Shown in pieces: positions 41,161 to 56,073 of a DNA stretch of 64,000 nt (within the stretch, counting starts at the first letter, position 1; each line of letters begins with the position of its first letter). The position numbers and the translations under genes were made by a program. Source of the stretch: Eledone cirrhosa. Its lineage: Eukaryota. The notes beneath the pieces are model-generated. The model saw nothing but the letters and a program-made list of their open reading frames with translations, did not search any database and was not told the origin of the DNA. The stretch covers positions 278,876,001 through 278,940,000 of the forward strand of contig OZ024743.1 of the NCBI GenBank assembly GCA_964016885.1, written 5' to 3'.

Positions 41161-42119
41161 GTACCTTTGCCACTCCTAACATCACCTTCGCATCCAAACC
41201 CTGTACAACCATTACATACGCAGACCTGTCAAATCTCCCCGTCCGATGGGGAGGAGATCTCCCACCCATTTTGGTGTGGGTGAGAGATGTCTTCTCATGT
41301 GAAATTGGGTATAGCTTTCATTATGTAAAACCTCCCTATTTTGCCTCATTTCTCCACGTTTTAGAGCACTCTTTTTCATGGCACTCCGTTTTGGTTTTTA
41401 GACATTGGCAAGTTTGCATACGCCATGACCACAAACAATATTACCACCACATTCCCCCCACCAGAAACAACAATATAACAATTACAAGCTAACAAGGGAG
41501 AAACAAACTGCCAGAAAAAACAATTGAAAATGGCACTTATTTTTCTTTTTATAGTTGAGAAAACCTATTTCATTTTACAAAGCTTTTTATACAAAAACAA
41601 AACATTATTAAAATGAAAAAAAAAAGACCCATAGAAATGAAAAGAAGACAAAAAAAAAAGATAAAATAATTAAGCAACTAAAGAAAGGCAGAGGGGAGGG
41701 ACAGACACTGCGACTCAGTCTGAATCCTTCAAGTCACCATTTAGAGTTGTTCAAAATTTGTTTAACTAATGGCGCGCCTTAGAACAAGCAAAAATATGTC
41801 TGCGTTCTTTGTACTCAAAATCGAAAAATTATTTAAAACAGTTATTTATACATACTTGCATAGCATAAAACAGAAATATAAATAATTAAGAATTCAGAAA
41901 CTATACAGTACTTCCTTCTTTGGTCAATAAATGGAGCAAAGTTACCAATGGGAAATATGACCTTGTTTTAGCTATGTTTTTATCATTAGATGTTCCTCAT
42001 TGTTATACAGGAACTTTTCTACGAATTTCAATTTGTATTTTCATATTTTGAAATAGAATCTTGTTCTTTTGTGATACAGTTAATTACAGCCCATGGCACA
42101 CCTTAGAGACATTACATTG

Positions 42120-43080
42120 CAGTAGAGGTGGTAGTAGTGATGGTTATGGGGTGGTAGTGGAGGGCTGGCGGTCTTTGTAGTGGTGACAATAGTGGACGTA
42201 GAAGTGATGGTGGTGGTGGACAGGTAGTGGTGAGGTGGTTGTAGTGGCAGTGGTGGCCAGAAGGCTGGTGGTAGTGGTAGTGGTAGTGGTGGAGTGGTTA
42301 TTGTAGAGACGTAGTAGAGTTAGTCGCAGGGAAGTAGTAGTGCTGGTTGCAGTGGGACTGTATTAGGAGTGGTGGGGTGGGGAGGTAATAAGGGCAGTAG
42401 TGGTGAGCTGTTAGTAGTTGTAGTGGTGTGGTAGGAGTAGTGGTGGTGATGGGTACAGTGAAGCAGGTGTTAGTGGTAGGGTGATGATAGTGGCAGTGGT
42501 AGGGTGATAATAGTGGTCGTGGTAGTAGTGGTAGTGATGGCTACAATGGAGATGGTAGCAGTGGTAACGTGGGCCACCGTTTAGGTGATAGTGGCGGTCG
42601 CGGAAGAGGAGATAGTACTGCTCGTAGTAGTGGTAGTGATGGTCGCATTGGATAATATGAAGAAAAAAAATTAGTATAACCTCATCCTACATCAAAGAAC
42701 ATCTCTTATCTTAAGAGCATCAACTTCATTAAGACTTTGATGAGGAGCTGGTCGTCATATCACACATACACATACACACCCACGTAAACACACACTAGAC
42801 ACACCTACGCCCAGATACACAGTGACGCAGTCATGTATATACACATAGAGATACATTTATTCACGCATATACGTTCACTTAAATATACACATAAACACAG
42901 TGAATAACAAACACATACTCTATTAGAATATATATATATATATACAATGGCATACATGGACACACATACACTGACGTATTTACATGCACATAAAACACAT
43001 ATATACTGACACGCATATATATACTGACACACACATATACACACGCACACGCATACACATGCAAACACACACACAAACAC

Positions 43081-43114
<34 letters not shown>

Positions 43115-43586
43115 TCACAAACAGACACCAGATTCACCATAAACACACACAAAGACCCACAAAAATTATTACTGCTACGCGCATAAACAAATACATACAT
43201 ATACACAGACAAATAACAGCACACACATACACATCGTTACACGCAACCATACATATAATCACACACAAATGTATATTAATACACTGGAATTTTCGAACAC
43301 ATTCGCATTATATATACACTCACATACACACATAGTCACTATACGTATATACAAAAGTACAAATACATACTCTTATGTGCACACGGATACCTAAATACAC
43401 ATGCACACAAATACACACACAGGCACGTACATACACGTGCATACACATACACATAGACACACCTTTTTACATACATGTATAAGGATACAGGCACACACAA
43501 ATAATCATAAACCGCTTCACATTCGCACACAATTTACCACAGGCACAAGGTTCATATATACAAACATACAAAACGAATATCAGTAC

Positions 43587-43634
<48 letters not shown>

Positions 43635-44340
43635 GCACATGTGCGTATGTGACAAATATTTAACTGCATACATATACAAACACGTACACACTAATATACA
43701 TATGTAAGATTATATACATACTTACATATATTCACACATACACATACAGATAGGTATAATAATGTGCAATTTGAAAACCAACATGCTCTCATGCACAGAC
43801 AGAAATTCACATGCATTATTTCATACGCATATACATGAACATATAAATTCACACACGAATTCAGTCAGTTATATATGTGCACGCACATTCATGCGTATAC
43901 ACGTGTATACGCATACCAGGACATATATACACATCTATATCCAAAGAGAAACTTATGGTCATGTTTCATTTCATACATACACATAAAAATAATGCGCTTA
44001 TGACAAAATATAGATGAATACATACACACACTCACATTCCTGAATACATACATAAATTCTTACACACATACTCGTATACACACACATTCACACACACACC
44101 CACACACACACTCACATAAACGTACATACGAATATATACATAATTTCATTCAATTCTGATGCAATGCAACGGAAATACACGCAAACGCATTATGCACGTC
44201 TATATGCACGTCTTCATGCACACAAACTTATTAATGAATGCATGCTTTCCCTTCTGTTCAAATACAACAAACACGTACGCACTCACACAAGTAACAAAGA
44301 GCTAAATGAACATACATACAAACATGCATACATAGTTCTT
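42120..44340. repeat. Low-complexity (GTA/GTG)-derived tract followed by a degenerate (CA)/(CATA) tract
   Basis: Strongly strand-skewed decayed simple repeats. Confidence 0.75.
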
Positions 44341-45114
44341 TCACAGGTTTAGCATTACATCACAACCTCATATCTCCACCAACGTTTACAGCGGTCTCTT
44401 TTTCTTACTCCACTTCTCCGACACCGCCACGACGACGACGACGAGCGCAACCACCACCACCACCACTACCACAACCACCACCACCACCACCACCACCACC
44501 AACAACAACATCTCATGATATTGCATTTCTACCCTCTTCCAACAGCATCACTACAATCACCATCAACGCCATCACCACCATCGCACCCAACACTATCATT
44601 ACCACCATCAACATCAACACGGATTTATATTTCAAACTCTCGAAATAACCTCACCTTTCTATTTAAGTGCTACTTGAAAAAGATGACGACGCGCAGTGAA
44701 AGAAGCGTTGTTTTCAGTCCTCCAAACCTTATCCGCTACACTTCCTTGCCGAATAGATTGAACGTCGGATAGGTTCAACTCGTGACAGCACGTTTAAATA
44801 CATAACATCATATGTCAGTAATATTCCTACAGTGTATGAGTGCACAGAGAAAAGTTCGTCCCTCTCCACCCGGTCATGTGCAGAATTTATACTAAATCGA
44901 CTTAGCCTGGGTGCTTTAAGAGGCGAAAGCTCTTTAGATGTTACGCATAATCCCTGCCCTAAAATTTCCTCTGCCCTGATTGTTGAGTTTATCTTCAATA
45001 ACCATCAGAATATTGTGATTGCTCTCACGAACCCTTTATAGAACGCACGGCAAATAATAATTATATCTATGATGTTTAGCAATTCATTCGAACTCACGAA
45101 TGCAAAATATATAT

Positions 45115-45600
45115 TGATTTCTGGTTTAGGCACAAGGCCAACAATTTCGGGTCAAGGAAAAGTCGAGTAAATCGACTCCAGTGCATTACTGGTACTTTAT
45201 TGTATCGATCCCGTAAGGATATAAGACAAAGTTAACCTCGGTAGGATTTGAACCTAGATCGTACATGGCCGTAACTCTATGCCATAAAGCATGTTGTCTG
45301 ACGCTCCACCGACTTTTCCAATCCATATTGCTATCAATATAGAGTTGATGTCGCTTACAATATATACGCCACAAAATAATGGTTTCTACTTTAAGTACAT
45401 GACAAATTCTTTTGGGAAAGAGGGAAGTCGATTATACTAACCTCATTACTTTATTGGTACTTTATTTTATCGATCCTGGAGGGATGAAAGGCGAAATTAA
45501 CCTCAGCGGTATTTGAATCCAGAACGTAAAGGGACATAACAAAATACTGCAACGTATTTATTTCATCCTAAGCAGTAGCAATTCTGCCAACCCACTGCCC
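45115..45600 (-). mobile_element. Two older family A SINEs
   Basis: Copies at ~45115-45325 and ~45378-45600. Confidence 0.8.
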
Positions 45601-46417
45601 TTCCATCATCAAATAATGAGAGGATGAAAAAGCTTACAAGCGTCGACGGTACTTTGGAAATCAAATCAAATCTCATAAAAGGATATCATTTAATAACTTA
45701 GTAAGGCAACTGAAACGCTAGATCAGCAACATACTTGCCTTCAACAAGTCTTTTTAAAATGTGATTTCAGTATTACAAGAACCGCAAAGAAAAAAATAAC
45801 ATACAAAAACGAGTGTTTACATTTTTATCTTTACTATAAAATGGTGAAATGAGTAGATAAAATAATTTATATGAAATATCTGTGACAATCTATTGTCATT
45901 TAATGCCGCCAATACAGACGTATCATAAAAGTAATGTAATTACATTACCTTTTATATCAAAGTGACGACCTCATCTATTTTTCTGTTTTTTCTGTGTACA
46001 AAGAAACAGTTGATGGTGTTTAAACATCAAACTTTATAGAACAAATGCTTATATTATATAAACGAGTTATATCTATATTAAATGTACTGTAAATCTTCTA
46101 ATATACGCAGTGTTCTAGAATACTACTACTTATATAATTAAGTCGGCGAACGTATTCATGCCATCCAAATTAAACTGACAATTTTATTTATATTCTATAT
46201 TCTGGTTGAAATATATAGCAAAACCATAGTAACGTTCTTCAGTATGTAACAAATATATTCAAAATGCATAAAGGCACACTATGGTATTTTGTTTACAGAG
46301 GAATAGTTGAAAGTATTTAAGTGTTTACAGTTCATATTGTTTTACGGTGTAGATACTTATTCAATACCTCTAACTATATCTACAGTATCTATCTAGTTTT
46401 CTATATGTATATATACA

Positions 46418-46517
<100 letters not shown>

Positions 46518-46882
46518 CAAAACACACACACATATATATTCATATATTTATATATGTGTGTGTGTGTATCCTGAAGACAGCATATATATGTGTAGGTATG
46601 TATATTCCCTCTGATAGTTTGTAAACATTTTACATAGATCTATATGATATACATACCAACACACACATATATATCCTAGCAACGATCGTAAAATGATGAA
46701 TTTTTTAATATAAGGAACTGTTTCTTTGTTTTTATTCATTATTTTTATTAATTTATATTGACTCTGTTTTCCTGTGTTTTTCATCGAAAAAATTTGAATA
46801 CATCTTCTCTTTTCATGATATTTGGATTACATTGAGTTCTTCATACGGATTGGACACTACCGTATATTTTGGTAGATTTATC

Positions 46883-46924
<42 letters not shown>

Positions 46925-47700
46925 AATGGAAGTACAGCATAATCGAAGCTCTGGCTGCAGCTAAGCTAACGAATGCAATCGGAATGTATAGCTAAGCACT
47001 CCATAATTTATTTTACCTTTGAGTAATAACATTACGTTTAGACAGCTTTGCAAATTGAAGATTGCGACCGGTACGCCAGCCGCAGGGACCAAAGCAATGA
47101 GAAAACTGGCTCAGGATAATTTGACAAACCTGGACCATCACGTCGATATTATGCCATATCTCCGCTAGGTTTCTGTGAATCCGACATCAACAAAGTCCAC
47201 TTGCGGAGCATGCAAGTTATTGTGGCAGATCGAATCGAACAGAGGATTCACTTTCTCAACAGGTATCCGTTCTCAGCCGCGCCGGTAGTGAATTTTAGCT
47301 GTAAACACTGCTGGCGGTCACATGGTTTTCCCAAAGGGAGTTAACCCCCGGTTTTTGGCGGTCAAAATACAAATTTTGAACAAAGGAATAAATTCCTTTC
47401 CATATATATATATATATTTTCCTAAGAGAGGGAAACTCTGAGAAAAAAAGAAAACTGTGGCTTCGGAAGTATGATGTTGACCAGTTTTCCTGGTCGGGTA
47501 GTATTTTCCATGCTCAGAGAGTGGGATTGGTCAAGTGCAAGGCCTTTCTCACTTAAAAAACCTTCAAAGCACAGGTATTGCTTGATCAGGATCTATTATA
47601 GGTTCGCGTGGCTGGCCGTAGCCTAAACGTGCACCAAACTCTGACAAGCGATTCCAATACTCTTAGCAGAGCTTTCAGCCATCATATACATCATATATAT

Positions 47701-47738
<38 letters not shown>

Positions 47739-47740
<2 letters not shown>

Positions 47741-49120
47741 AAAAGATAACAAGGACGATTATATATAGAACAGTCAGGAATTAGAGAAAAACACCATGGA
47801 AAGCATCCAGCATATAGCTAACTCCATCCACCAGAGTATAAGAGTTACTATAGACTACCCAAGCAAAGACCCCAACTATCGATTACCTGTACTAGATACA
47901 GAGCTTTGGTTAGAAACCATTAATAACAAAAAATAAATCCTCCATTCCCATTATGCCAAACCCATGACTTCCAAATATCTGATCCACCGAAACTCAGCTG
48001 TTTCGGATCACACCAAAATCAACATACTGATTGCGGATTTAGTACGGGTGATGAGAAACGTGTCCCGCATGTGCAACCCCAAAGAACTAGAGAGACACAT
48101 ACAACACTTCATCCACCGTATGCAGTTCTCTGGTTACAATCAGAGAGATAAAATCAGAGTATATAGAGGAGCCAGAACCAAATGGGAAAAAATGGTAAAT
48201 AATGATACAAATGGGACCTGCCCCTTGTATAGCAGCACATTTTGGAATAGAATAGAAAGAACTAGGAATAAGGTTAATAGAATAAACTCATGGTATGACA
48301 GCAATACATACCAGAGTGTAATGTTTATCAATACAACCCCTAGAGGTGAATTAGCTTACACATTTAGAAGGGCCCTAGATAAAATTAAGATAGTAGAAAG
48401 ACCAGGTACTACGATAAAAAATACTTATTAGTAATACATACCCTTTCCAACCTCTTCCCTGTATAGATAAGAAATGCATAATCAGTAAACAAAGCCCCCA
48501 TATTAACTGCAAATCTAGAAACATAGTATATTGCATAAGATGTACTGAAGGACAATGTAAAGATAAGTATATAGTGTACATACGGGAGACAGCTCGTAGT
48601 ACAGGAGAACGGTTAAATGAACACTGGAGCTTCAAGATAGAAAAGAATCATCAGTACTCCACCAACATGCTAAAATAGAACATGAGGGCAAATTAGAGAA
48701 CATATAAATAAAAATAAATTCTACACACAGAAAAGACGCAATGATTAGAGATATCACAGAGGCAATAAACATAAATGAACTCCAACCAGAATTAAATATA
48801 AAACATAAATGGAATAGCAACATCACAAATTACAATTAAGCACAAAATGAAAACACACACACATAGAACAAACAACCATCCAGTAACATGTAAATAAACA
48901 AATAAATAAACAAATAAAAACACACACAGACACCCGGAAGTAACACATGCACAGACAAAGCACACAACACACACACAAACAAGATGGCGTAGGACAGAAC
49001 AAAGGAGAGGCACAAAACAAAGAAAAGAATCCCCAGTCATGTGTGACGAAAGAACTTTGACAATATATGAACAACCGTCCGGTTGTGGAACTAACCAACC
49101 GCAAATTTATAAATTTTGTT
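47739..49120 (+). mobile_element. 5'-truncated Penelope-like element (Neptune-like): RT C-terminus plus GIY-YIG endonuclease, pseudogenised
   Basis: TMESIQHIANSI..TIDYPS..PVLDTELW..LHSHYAKPMTS..HRNSA..SGY; Cys-rich linker; NIVYCIRC..C..YIRETARSTGERLNEH..SVLHQH; stops and frameshifts; starts after (TA)n. Confidence 0.85.
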
Positions 49121-49360
49121 GAAAAAAAAAAAAAAAATTTTTTTTTAATTTATAATAAATTGGAGTGAAAGCAACTGGTGACTGTGTTTCTTATTGGCAA
49201 CATGACCCTCCCAAAGTATAACAATATCGGTTTCAACACACGTTTTCAAATAAAGAATCTTGCTAAACAAATTCAGAAACGAAATATATATATATATATA
49301 TATATTTACATATATGCATAGACATACATACACTCGTACACACACGCGCACACACACACA

Positions 49361-49442
<82 letters not shown>

Positions 49443-49468
49443 GGTGTGACACACGAGTTGTGATAAAT

Positions 49469-50592
49469 AGGAAAAGAAAATGCTGACACATTTTTCCCAG
49501 TGAAAACGGTTTAATTAGGAATAAGTATAAATTAGTAATAAGTATTAGTTTTTTTTTTGCTCTAATCTGATCAGTTTTGGAAATTCTTCCTGTTTTATGT
49601 GAAAAAAGTGGCTTGGGAGTTATTAAAATTTGGTTGGTTGTTGAATGTCACATGAATAAGCACTATAAATTTCGCGCCAATTCGTGTTGCAAAAATTCTT
49701 GTAGTCAAAACAATTTTGATTGGTCGGTAGAACTCACGTGAATGTTTAAATTGATTTTAGCGCGAACTGGCTTCGTGCCAAATGTAGGTTTGTCGAAGAG
49801 TGTCCTTTTCCGCTTGATTGAGTTGCAGTTATGTTGAGAGGTCAACAGTTCAGGTGTCTATTAAGTGAAATATGTGTGTGTGATGTGTGTGTAGCAAAGT
49901 GGTTCATTGTTGTGATAGTGGAAATGAATCGGTCAGTAGGAATGTGTGTATACGTGTGTGTGGGGGTGAGGGCAGGCATATTTTAACATGTTGAAACATA
50001 TTTTTCAGCTCTTGTCTTATACGGAAAAGTGTGTGTGTGTCTGTCTGTCTGTATATTAGTGTGCGCGTGTGCATGCGCGCGCCCGCGCGTGTGTGTGGAT
50101 GAACCAGTTTTTTTTTTGGAATGGTAAAAATGGCCTACATTATTCGATATTTTCAGTCATTTCCCAAAACGATTCTCTCAAAAGAACTTCGACAAACCTA
50201 CATTTGGCGCGAAACCAGTTCGCGTTAAAATCAATTTAAATATTTACGTCACTTCTACCGACCAATCAAAATTCTTTTGACTACAAGAATTTTTGCAACA
50301 CGAATTGGGGCGAAATTTATGGTGCTTACTCACGTGACATTTAACAACCAAATTTTAATATCTCCCAAGCCATTTTTTTCACATAAAACAGGAAGAATTT
50401 CCAAAACTGATCAGGTTAGAGCAAATATCACGAGCACTCTATCTCAAAATTATTTTTGAAAAGCATAAGAAATGCGCAACCGTTAAAAACTTAAAACTAA
50501 AACTGAATGCTAACAAATACTTATTACTAATTTTAACTTATTCCTAATAAAACTATTTCACTGAGAAAAATGTGTCAGCATTTTGTTTTCCT
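49469..50592. mobile_element. Non-autonomous long-TIR (foldback/MITE-like) element
   Basis: 49469-49798 is the diverged reverse complement of 50187-50592 (right arm has ~85 extra bp); non-coding centre. Confidence 0.8.
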
Positions 50593-50976
50593 TTTTACTT
50601 ATATACGTGTATCTTTGCACGCACGTGTGTATGTATACATAAGTATATACGTACGTTTGTTTTGTGCTTGTCTGTATATAATTCAATAATTGGAGAAACT
50701 AATCAGACGACCACAAATATTTTATGGGTGAGTTAAGGTCAGTAGGCAGCCAGTTTGTGAATTATAATAACAAACTGTAAGACATTAATCTATGACGACG
50801 ACCGGTAAAAACATGTCTAATTCAATAGCATCTTCTTTACTTTGATGTGTTTGGTTTTGCTGAACCCTGGAGATTCATCATTCACACAGATCAGTGCCAA
50901 CTGGGACCTATTGTTGAGAGAACGTTTTACTACCTCATGCAAAATTTGTAAAGAAATAACTAATATATAGTATACG

Positions 50977-51017
<41 letters not shown>

Positions 51018-51044
51018 TATATACATATGTATACACACACACAC

Positions 51045-51109
<65 letters not shown>

Positions 51110-51140
51110 TATACACATATATGGATATAAGCGTGTATAC

Positions 51141-51177
<37 letters not shown>

Positions 51178-51259
51178 TATATATATATATATGGATATAT
51201 ATATATATATGTGTGTATACACGCTTATATCCATATATATATATATATATATATGTATG

Positions 51260-51293
<34 letters not shown>

Positions 51294-51310
51294 CAAGGAT
51301 ATAAGCGTGT

Positions 51311-51345
<35 letters not shown>

Positions 51346-51364
51346 TATATATATGTATGTATAC

Positions 51365-51454
<90 letters not shown>

Positions 51455-51479
51455 GTATATATATATGTATATATATATG

Positions 51480-51511
<32 letters not shown>

Positions 51512-51540
51512 CACATATATGTATATATATATATATAAAT
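50977..51540. repeat. Long interrupted (TA)n array
   Basis: Direct reading; contains GGATATAAGCGTGTATAC in alternating orientations. Confidence 0.9.
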
Positions 51541-51601
51541 GAAGTAATTCCATCGGAAAAGTCCAGGAAAAAAGAGTGCTCTATGTATGCAACAGAGCTT
51601 A

Positions 51602-51808
51602 ATTATTATTATTATGTAATAAACAACATAAGGCAATTATTCCATTTACCAGTGGTTTCTTAAAAGCAAAAGGTTTTGCTTTCAATCCTCAGAATGAAAA
51701 ATCCTGGTTTTTTCATTCTGAGGATTGAAAGCAAAACCTTTTGCTTTTAAGAAACCACTGGTAAATGGAATAATTGCCTTATGTTTTTTATTACATAATA
51801 ATAATAAT
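51602..51808. repeat. Fold-back palindrome (100-bp arms) carrying a hammerhead on each strand
   Basis: Arms 51602-51701 and 51709-51808, 1 mismatch. Confidence 0.9.
51711..51770 (+). ncRNA. Type I hammerhead ribozyme (mirror copy on minus strand, ~51640-51699)
   Basis: TTTCATT-CTGAGGA-ttgaaagcaaaa-cc-ttttgcttttaa-GAAA-cc-act-gg-TA^AATGGAA. Confidence 0.8.
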
Positions 51809-51836
51809 AATATATATATATATATATATATACATA

Positions 51837-51921
<85 letters not shown>

Positions 51922-52288
51922 AAGTCCATAGAATCATTAGATAAAATGTATATACAGTATTTCTTCTCCTAATCAGCATAATAATCCATACAAAAAATCA
52001 TTTAAACGAGGCTATAAGTTTAAAATATACTTATGAAGAAATAATAGATAAATAAATTATATACCTTTTTATCCGCAATTCACAGCCACAGAAAATTTAT
52101 CTAGTATTTCTGATAGCCTTTAGAAATTGTCTAGATATATAGTTAAGCATACATAATTAGGTACAACATCTAAGTTTGAAGAAAAAAACGTACATAAACA
52201 TACCAAAATCATCAAAATCTATCTCTACCACCGGATGTTTCATTCACTTTTTGGATATATCCGATCTTGGATAAATCAATGAGTTTGG

Positions 52289-52338
<50 letters not shown>

Positions 52339-52421
52339 ATAATAATAAATTTGAAGACTAAAATCCAAAGAGGGCTCGATAAGGATAAATATATATCAAC
52401 TATATAAGAACCGTAGAGCAA

Positions 52422-53003
52422 ATATTTATTAAAATAACAGATTAAAGTTTAAGCAAAGAATCGCTGCTTTTACCCTTAACGGGATCTTCTGAAACTAACT
52501 AAGTCAATCTGTAAACACAGAAGTGGATATTTCAAAAAACGTTGCAACCGGAGGAAGACAGGAAGACGATACTTTGGTTCGTGGAAACGTTCGCTGGCTA
52601 AGAACGGGAAAAAACGAATATAATACGTCATTAATAGGAGCGGTGAAAAACAATTACGCGCAAAGACAGAACCACGTTTATGGTATAATAGAGGTCGTAG
52701 ACTAATGTTCTCTTAGGTGGTGCATAGAGACGTTCATCGCCAGAGAACGTCTCTATGCACCACCTATCTTTGCGCGTAATTGTTTTTCACCGCTCCTATT
52801 AATGACGTATTATATTCGTTTTTTCCCGTTCTTAGCCAGCGAACGTTACCACGAACCAAAGTATCGTCTTCCTGTCTTCCTCCGGTTGCAACGTTTTTTG
52901 AAATATCCACTTCTGCGTTTACAGATTGACTTTGTTAGTTTCAGAAGATCCCGTTAAGGGTGAAAGCAGCGATTCTTTGCTTAAACTTTAATCTGTTATT
53001 TTA

Positions 53004-53011
<8 letters not shown>
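52422..53011. repeat. Fold-back inverted repeat (~245-bp arms) with nested hairpin and degenerate hammerhead
   Basis: Arms 52422-52666 and 52767-53011; inner 22-bp hairpin 52714-52766; AGTTT-CAGAAGA-tcccgttaagggt-GAAA-gc..gc-TT-AAACT at 52937-52987. Confidence 0.85.
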
Positions 53012-53067
<56 letters not shown>

Positions 53068-53809
53068 GTATATGTACGCATACATATATACGTATATGCA
53101 TAAAGTAAATATGTAGAAAGATAAATATCTAGTTTGGTAGATAAATTATGAATATATATTTAAATCCGTGAATATCCTTGAATATACTAAGACACCATTT
53201 GAAACCATAACTTACTTGGGAACATCGTATGGTGATGATATGTATGTCGTAAAATCCATCCTTTTCCCCTTGTTATTGTACAAGATGACGATATTATCTC
53301 TATGTTTTGTCTCAATCTGATAGAATTATTAGCCAAGTGTTTCTCGCTATCACAAACTATCATCTGGAAAATGGGAAATGACATATAGTATTTTTTTTTC
53401 CTATGACAGCATATTTACGGCACTGATGTTGTTGAACGTGAACCTTTATATCAAATATATACATGCACATTTTCAATAAGTAGAAATAGCAGACTAATAT
53501 CCAAATCAGGTATTTATACCTACCAAAGAAATGCCTCTTTAGATAATGTATACCTAGATACACATTGTTTTTGAAATATATTTTCCAAAGAAAACGAGAA
53601 AAAATCACGGCAGTGTAGAACAGTAAAAATCTAAGAAAATATACTTTCTTTCTTTTATCTTGGTTTCTTTCTCTTATATGTATGTATTGTTGGCCAAATA
53701 CCTTATCCACAAAGCTACGCGGTTTCACACACACACACACACGCACGCACACATACACACACACGCACTATATATATATACTGTATATGTATGTGCTTGT
53801 GGATGTGTT

Positions 53810-54112
53810 AAAGCACGTGGCTTTGTGGTTAGTATATACGCCTCACATCCGTATGGTCGTGAATTCGATTGTCGACGTCGTGTCATTGAGCAAGAAACTT
53901 TATTTTACGTTGCTCCTTTCCACTCAGCTGACAAAAATGAGTTGTACCTAATTCTAAGGGCCCACCCTATCGCATTCTGTGTCACACAGAATCTCCCTGA
54001 GAATTACGTTAAGAGTACACGTGTTTGTGGAATGCTCAGCTACTTGCACGTTCATTTAGCGTGCAAGATGTTCCGTTGATCACATCAACTGGGACGCTCA
54101 CCGTCGTAACCA
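53810..54112 (+). mobile_element. CORE-type tRNA-derived SINE (family B)
   Basis: A box GTGGCTTTGTGG, B-box-like GAATTCGATT, CORE-like GTGTCATTGAGCAAGAAACTT. Confidence 0.7.
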
Positions 54113-54386
54113 AATATATTGTGTATATATAAAACGACAACAGAAGGCCGGGCTGGAAGTTAAAATTAAAATTTTAATTCCGTGAAACTACTATAAGCAT
54201 ATCTTCTAATCCGGCTATCTATTGTCGTTTTATAAATACTTTACTCCGTTCCTGCACAAACCCCTGGATACCACCACCACGATTCATGACTTGCATAAGT
54301 TTGAGTGCTTTGATTCATTTGTTACATCACGATTTGCCTACCAGAAACATCAGTTCCTACCCATTGGTAATCAAAATAACTTAAAT

Positions 54387-54431
<45 letters not shown>

Positions 54432-54510
54432 ATATATATATCCAGTGAATTTCCAACCGATAAGGTATGATTTTCATGGGTATGTCTCCATTTATAAAAC
54501 AAACTTTGTA

Positions 54511-54571
54511 TTTTATCTGATGAAAGCGTACCAATGTTGTCTTGGTTACCCTTGAAATATATATAATAAAA
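54511..54571 (+). ncRNA. Type I hammerhead ribozyme
   Basis: TTTTAT-CTGATGA-aagcgtaccaa-tgttgtc-ttggttaccctt-GAAA-tatata-TA^ATAAAA, within a (TA)n-flanked ~175-bp block homologous to 38095-38262. Confidence 0.8.
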
Positions 54572-54612
54572 TAAATATGGTTTTATAAATATAGTTTCCA
54601 TTTATTTAAAAT

Positions 54613-54651
<39 letters not shown>

Positions 54652-54715
54652 CTATTTCTACCAAACTCGTCCCATGGACTGAGTGCTCTACCACTACGGA
54701 TATTACCTTCCAGTG

Positions 54716-54819
<104 letters not shown>

Positions 54820-56029
54820 CTCAAGACATTTGTATTTAAATCTACAGTATCCATTGTGTTCTTCCCATTTTTAAGGAAGTGAAGTTCGATATGAAATAAT
54901 TTTTCGTTGGTGTTTCTAGCAGATGGCAGGACAACATTAGGTATTTCATATTTGCTCGTTAAAGGGTATTGTATTTTTGTTCTTGGTCTCATGTTTAGCC
55001 CCGGTCAACCGTGATTGTATATGATCTATGATCGTATACATTCTCGGCACGGACATCCCATGTTTATATATAGGCATTTTACACATTTCCCCCATTGTTT
55101 TTAGTGAGTAGAGGTCAAAATTAATTAGATTTTCCGGTCATTTGTTTGCAGATGGTTCCTTTTTTATTAATACATATCAACCCTGATATAGCAAGCCTAC
55201 TTTGAAAGGCATTCAAGCCATGACCATCTCATCCTTTTGTATAGCCTTTATTTCTACAGTAAGGTGAGTGATTACAGTAAGATTTGACTGGTGTTTTTAG
55301 CAGGTTGAAATTCTACACACATTCTTTCTCATTGACACTTTAAACATATCTGTGTTTGGTGGTATAGCGGTCATATTGACATCTTTATTGTTGGCAGTCT
55401 CAACCACCACCAATCCATTTTATGATCCAATATAAGGAGATAGCGAGACAAGCCAAACCACGCCAAGGCAAGCCAAGTTTTTCCAGATTTTTTTGTAATC
55501 GGTGAATGGGTAGAGAGAGTGAGAAAGAAAACAAGCAATAAAAAATGTGTTGTGTGTTAATTGTGAGCCACCCAGGCGCTACATGAAACTCTTGCCAATA
55601 TAGATTGAAAAACATACGGTTATTTGTGTGGAACTGTCTAGAAGAAAATACTGAAGAATTGGAAATACAACGGAAATAAGAGAAAGACGACAGAGAAAGA
55701 GAGAGCGAGAGAAATAGAGATAGCGAGAGACAGAAAAAGAGCGAGAGATAGAGAGAGAGATAAAGAGAGCGTGAGAAATAGAGATAGAGAGAGAGGGGGG
55801 AGAGAATGAGTTTATTTGTAAAAGAGGGAATAAGAAAGTGTGAAAAACTTTGGCAAGGAGAAAATGAAGAGCGAAAAGAAATCAAAGTATGTGTAGGAAT
55901 TGAGAGAGAATGAGAAAGGAAAAAGGCAAAGGTGGTGGTTAAACAGTATGTTAGTGTGTATGTGAGTGTATTTCTGTATATGTATGATATAGATAGAGGG
56001 GAGAAGGGAATGAGAGATAAAGTGACTGT

Positions 56030-56073
<44 letters not shown>

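Noticed and set aside
50785-50825. Further hammerhead-like traces (also ~8150, 15352, 18305, 23135, 25565, 49040)
   Set aside because: Two or more core nucleotides or stems are broken; cannot be told from chance by eye.
51121-51316. 18-20 bp motif in alternating orientation inside (TA)n
   Set aside because: Could be slippage or assembly error in self-complementary TA arrays.
50935-51663. Long YI-repeat ORFs, and similar HT/CV/SL/ER ORFs throughout
   Set aside because: Dinucleotide microsatellites lack stop codons; artefacts.
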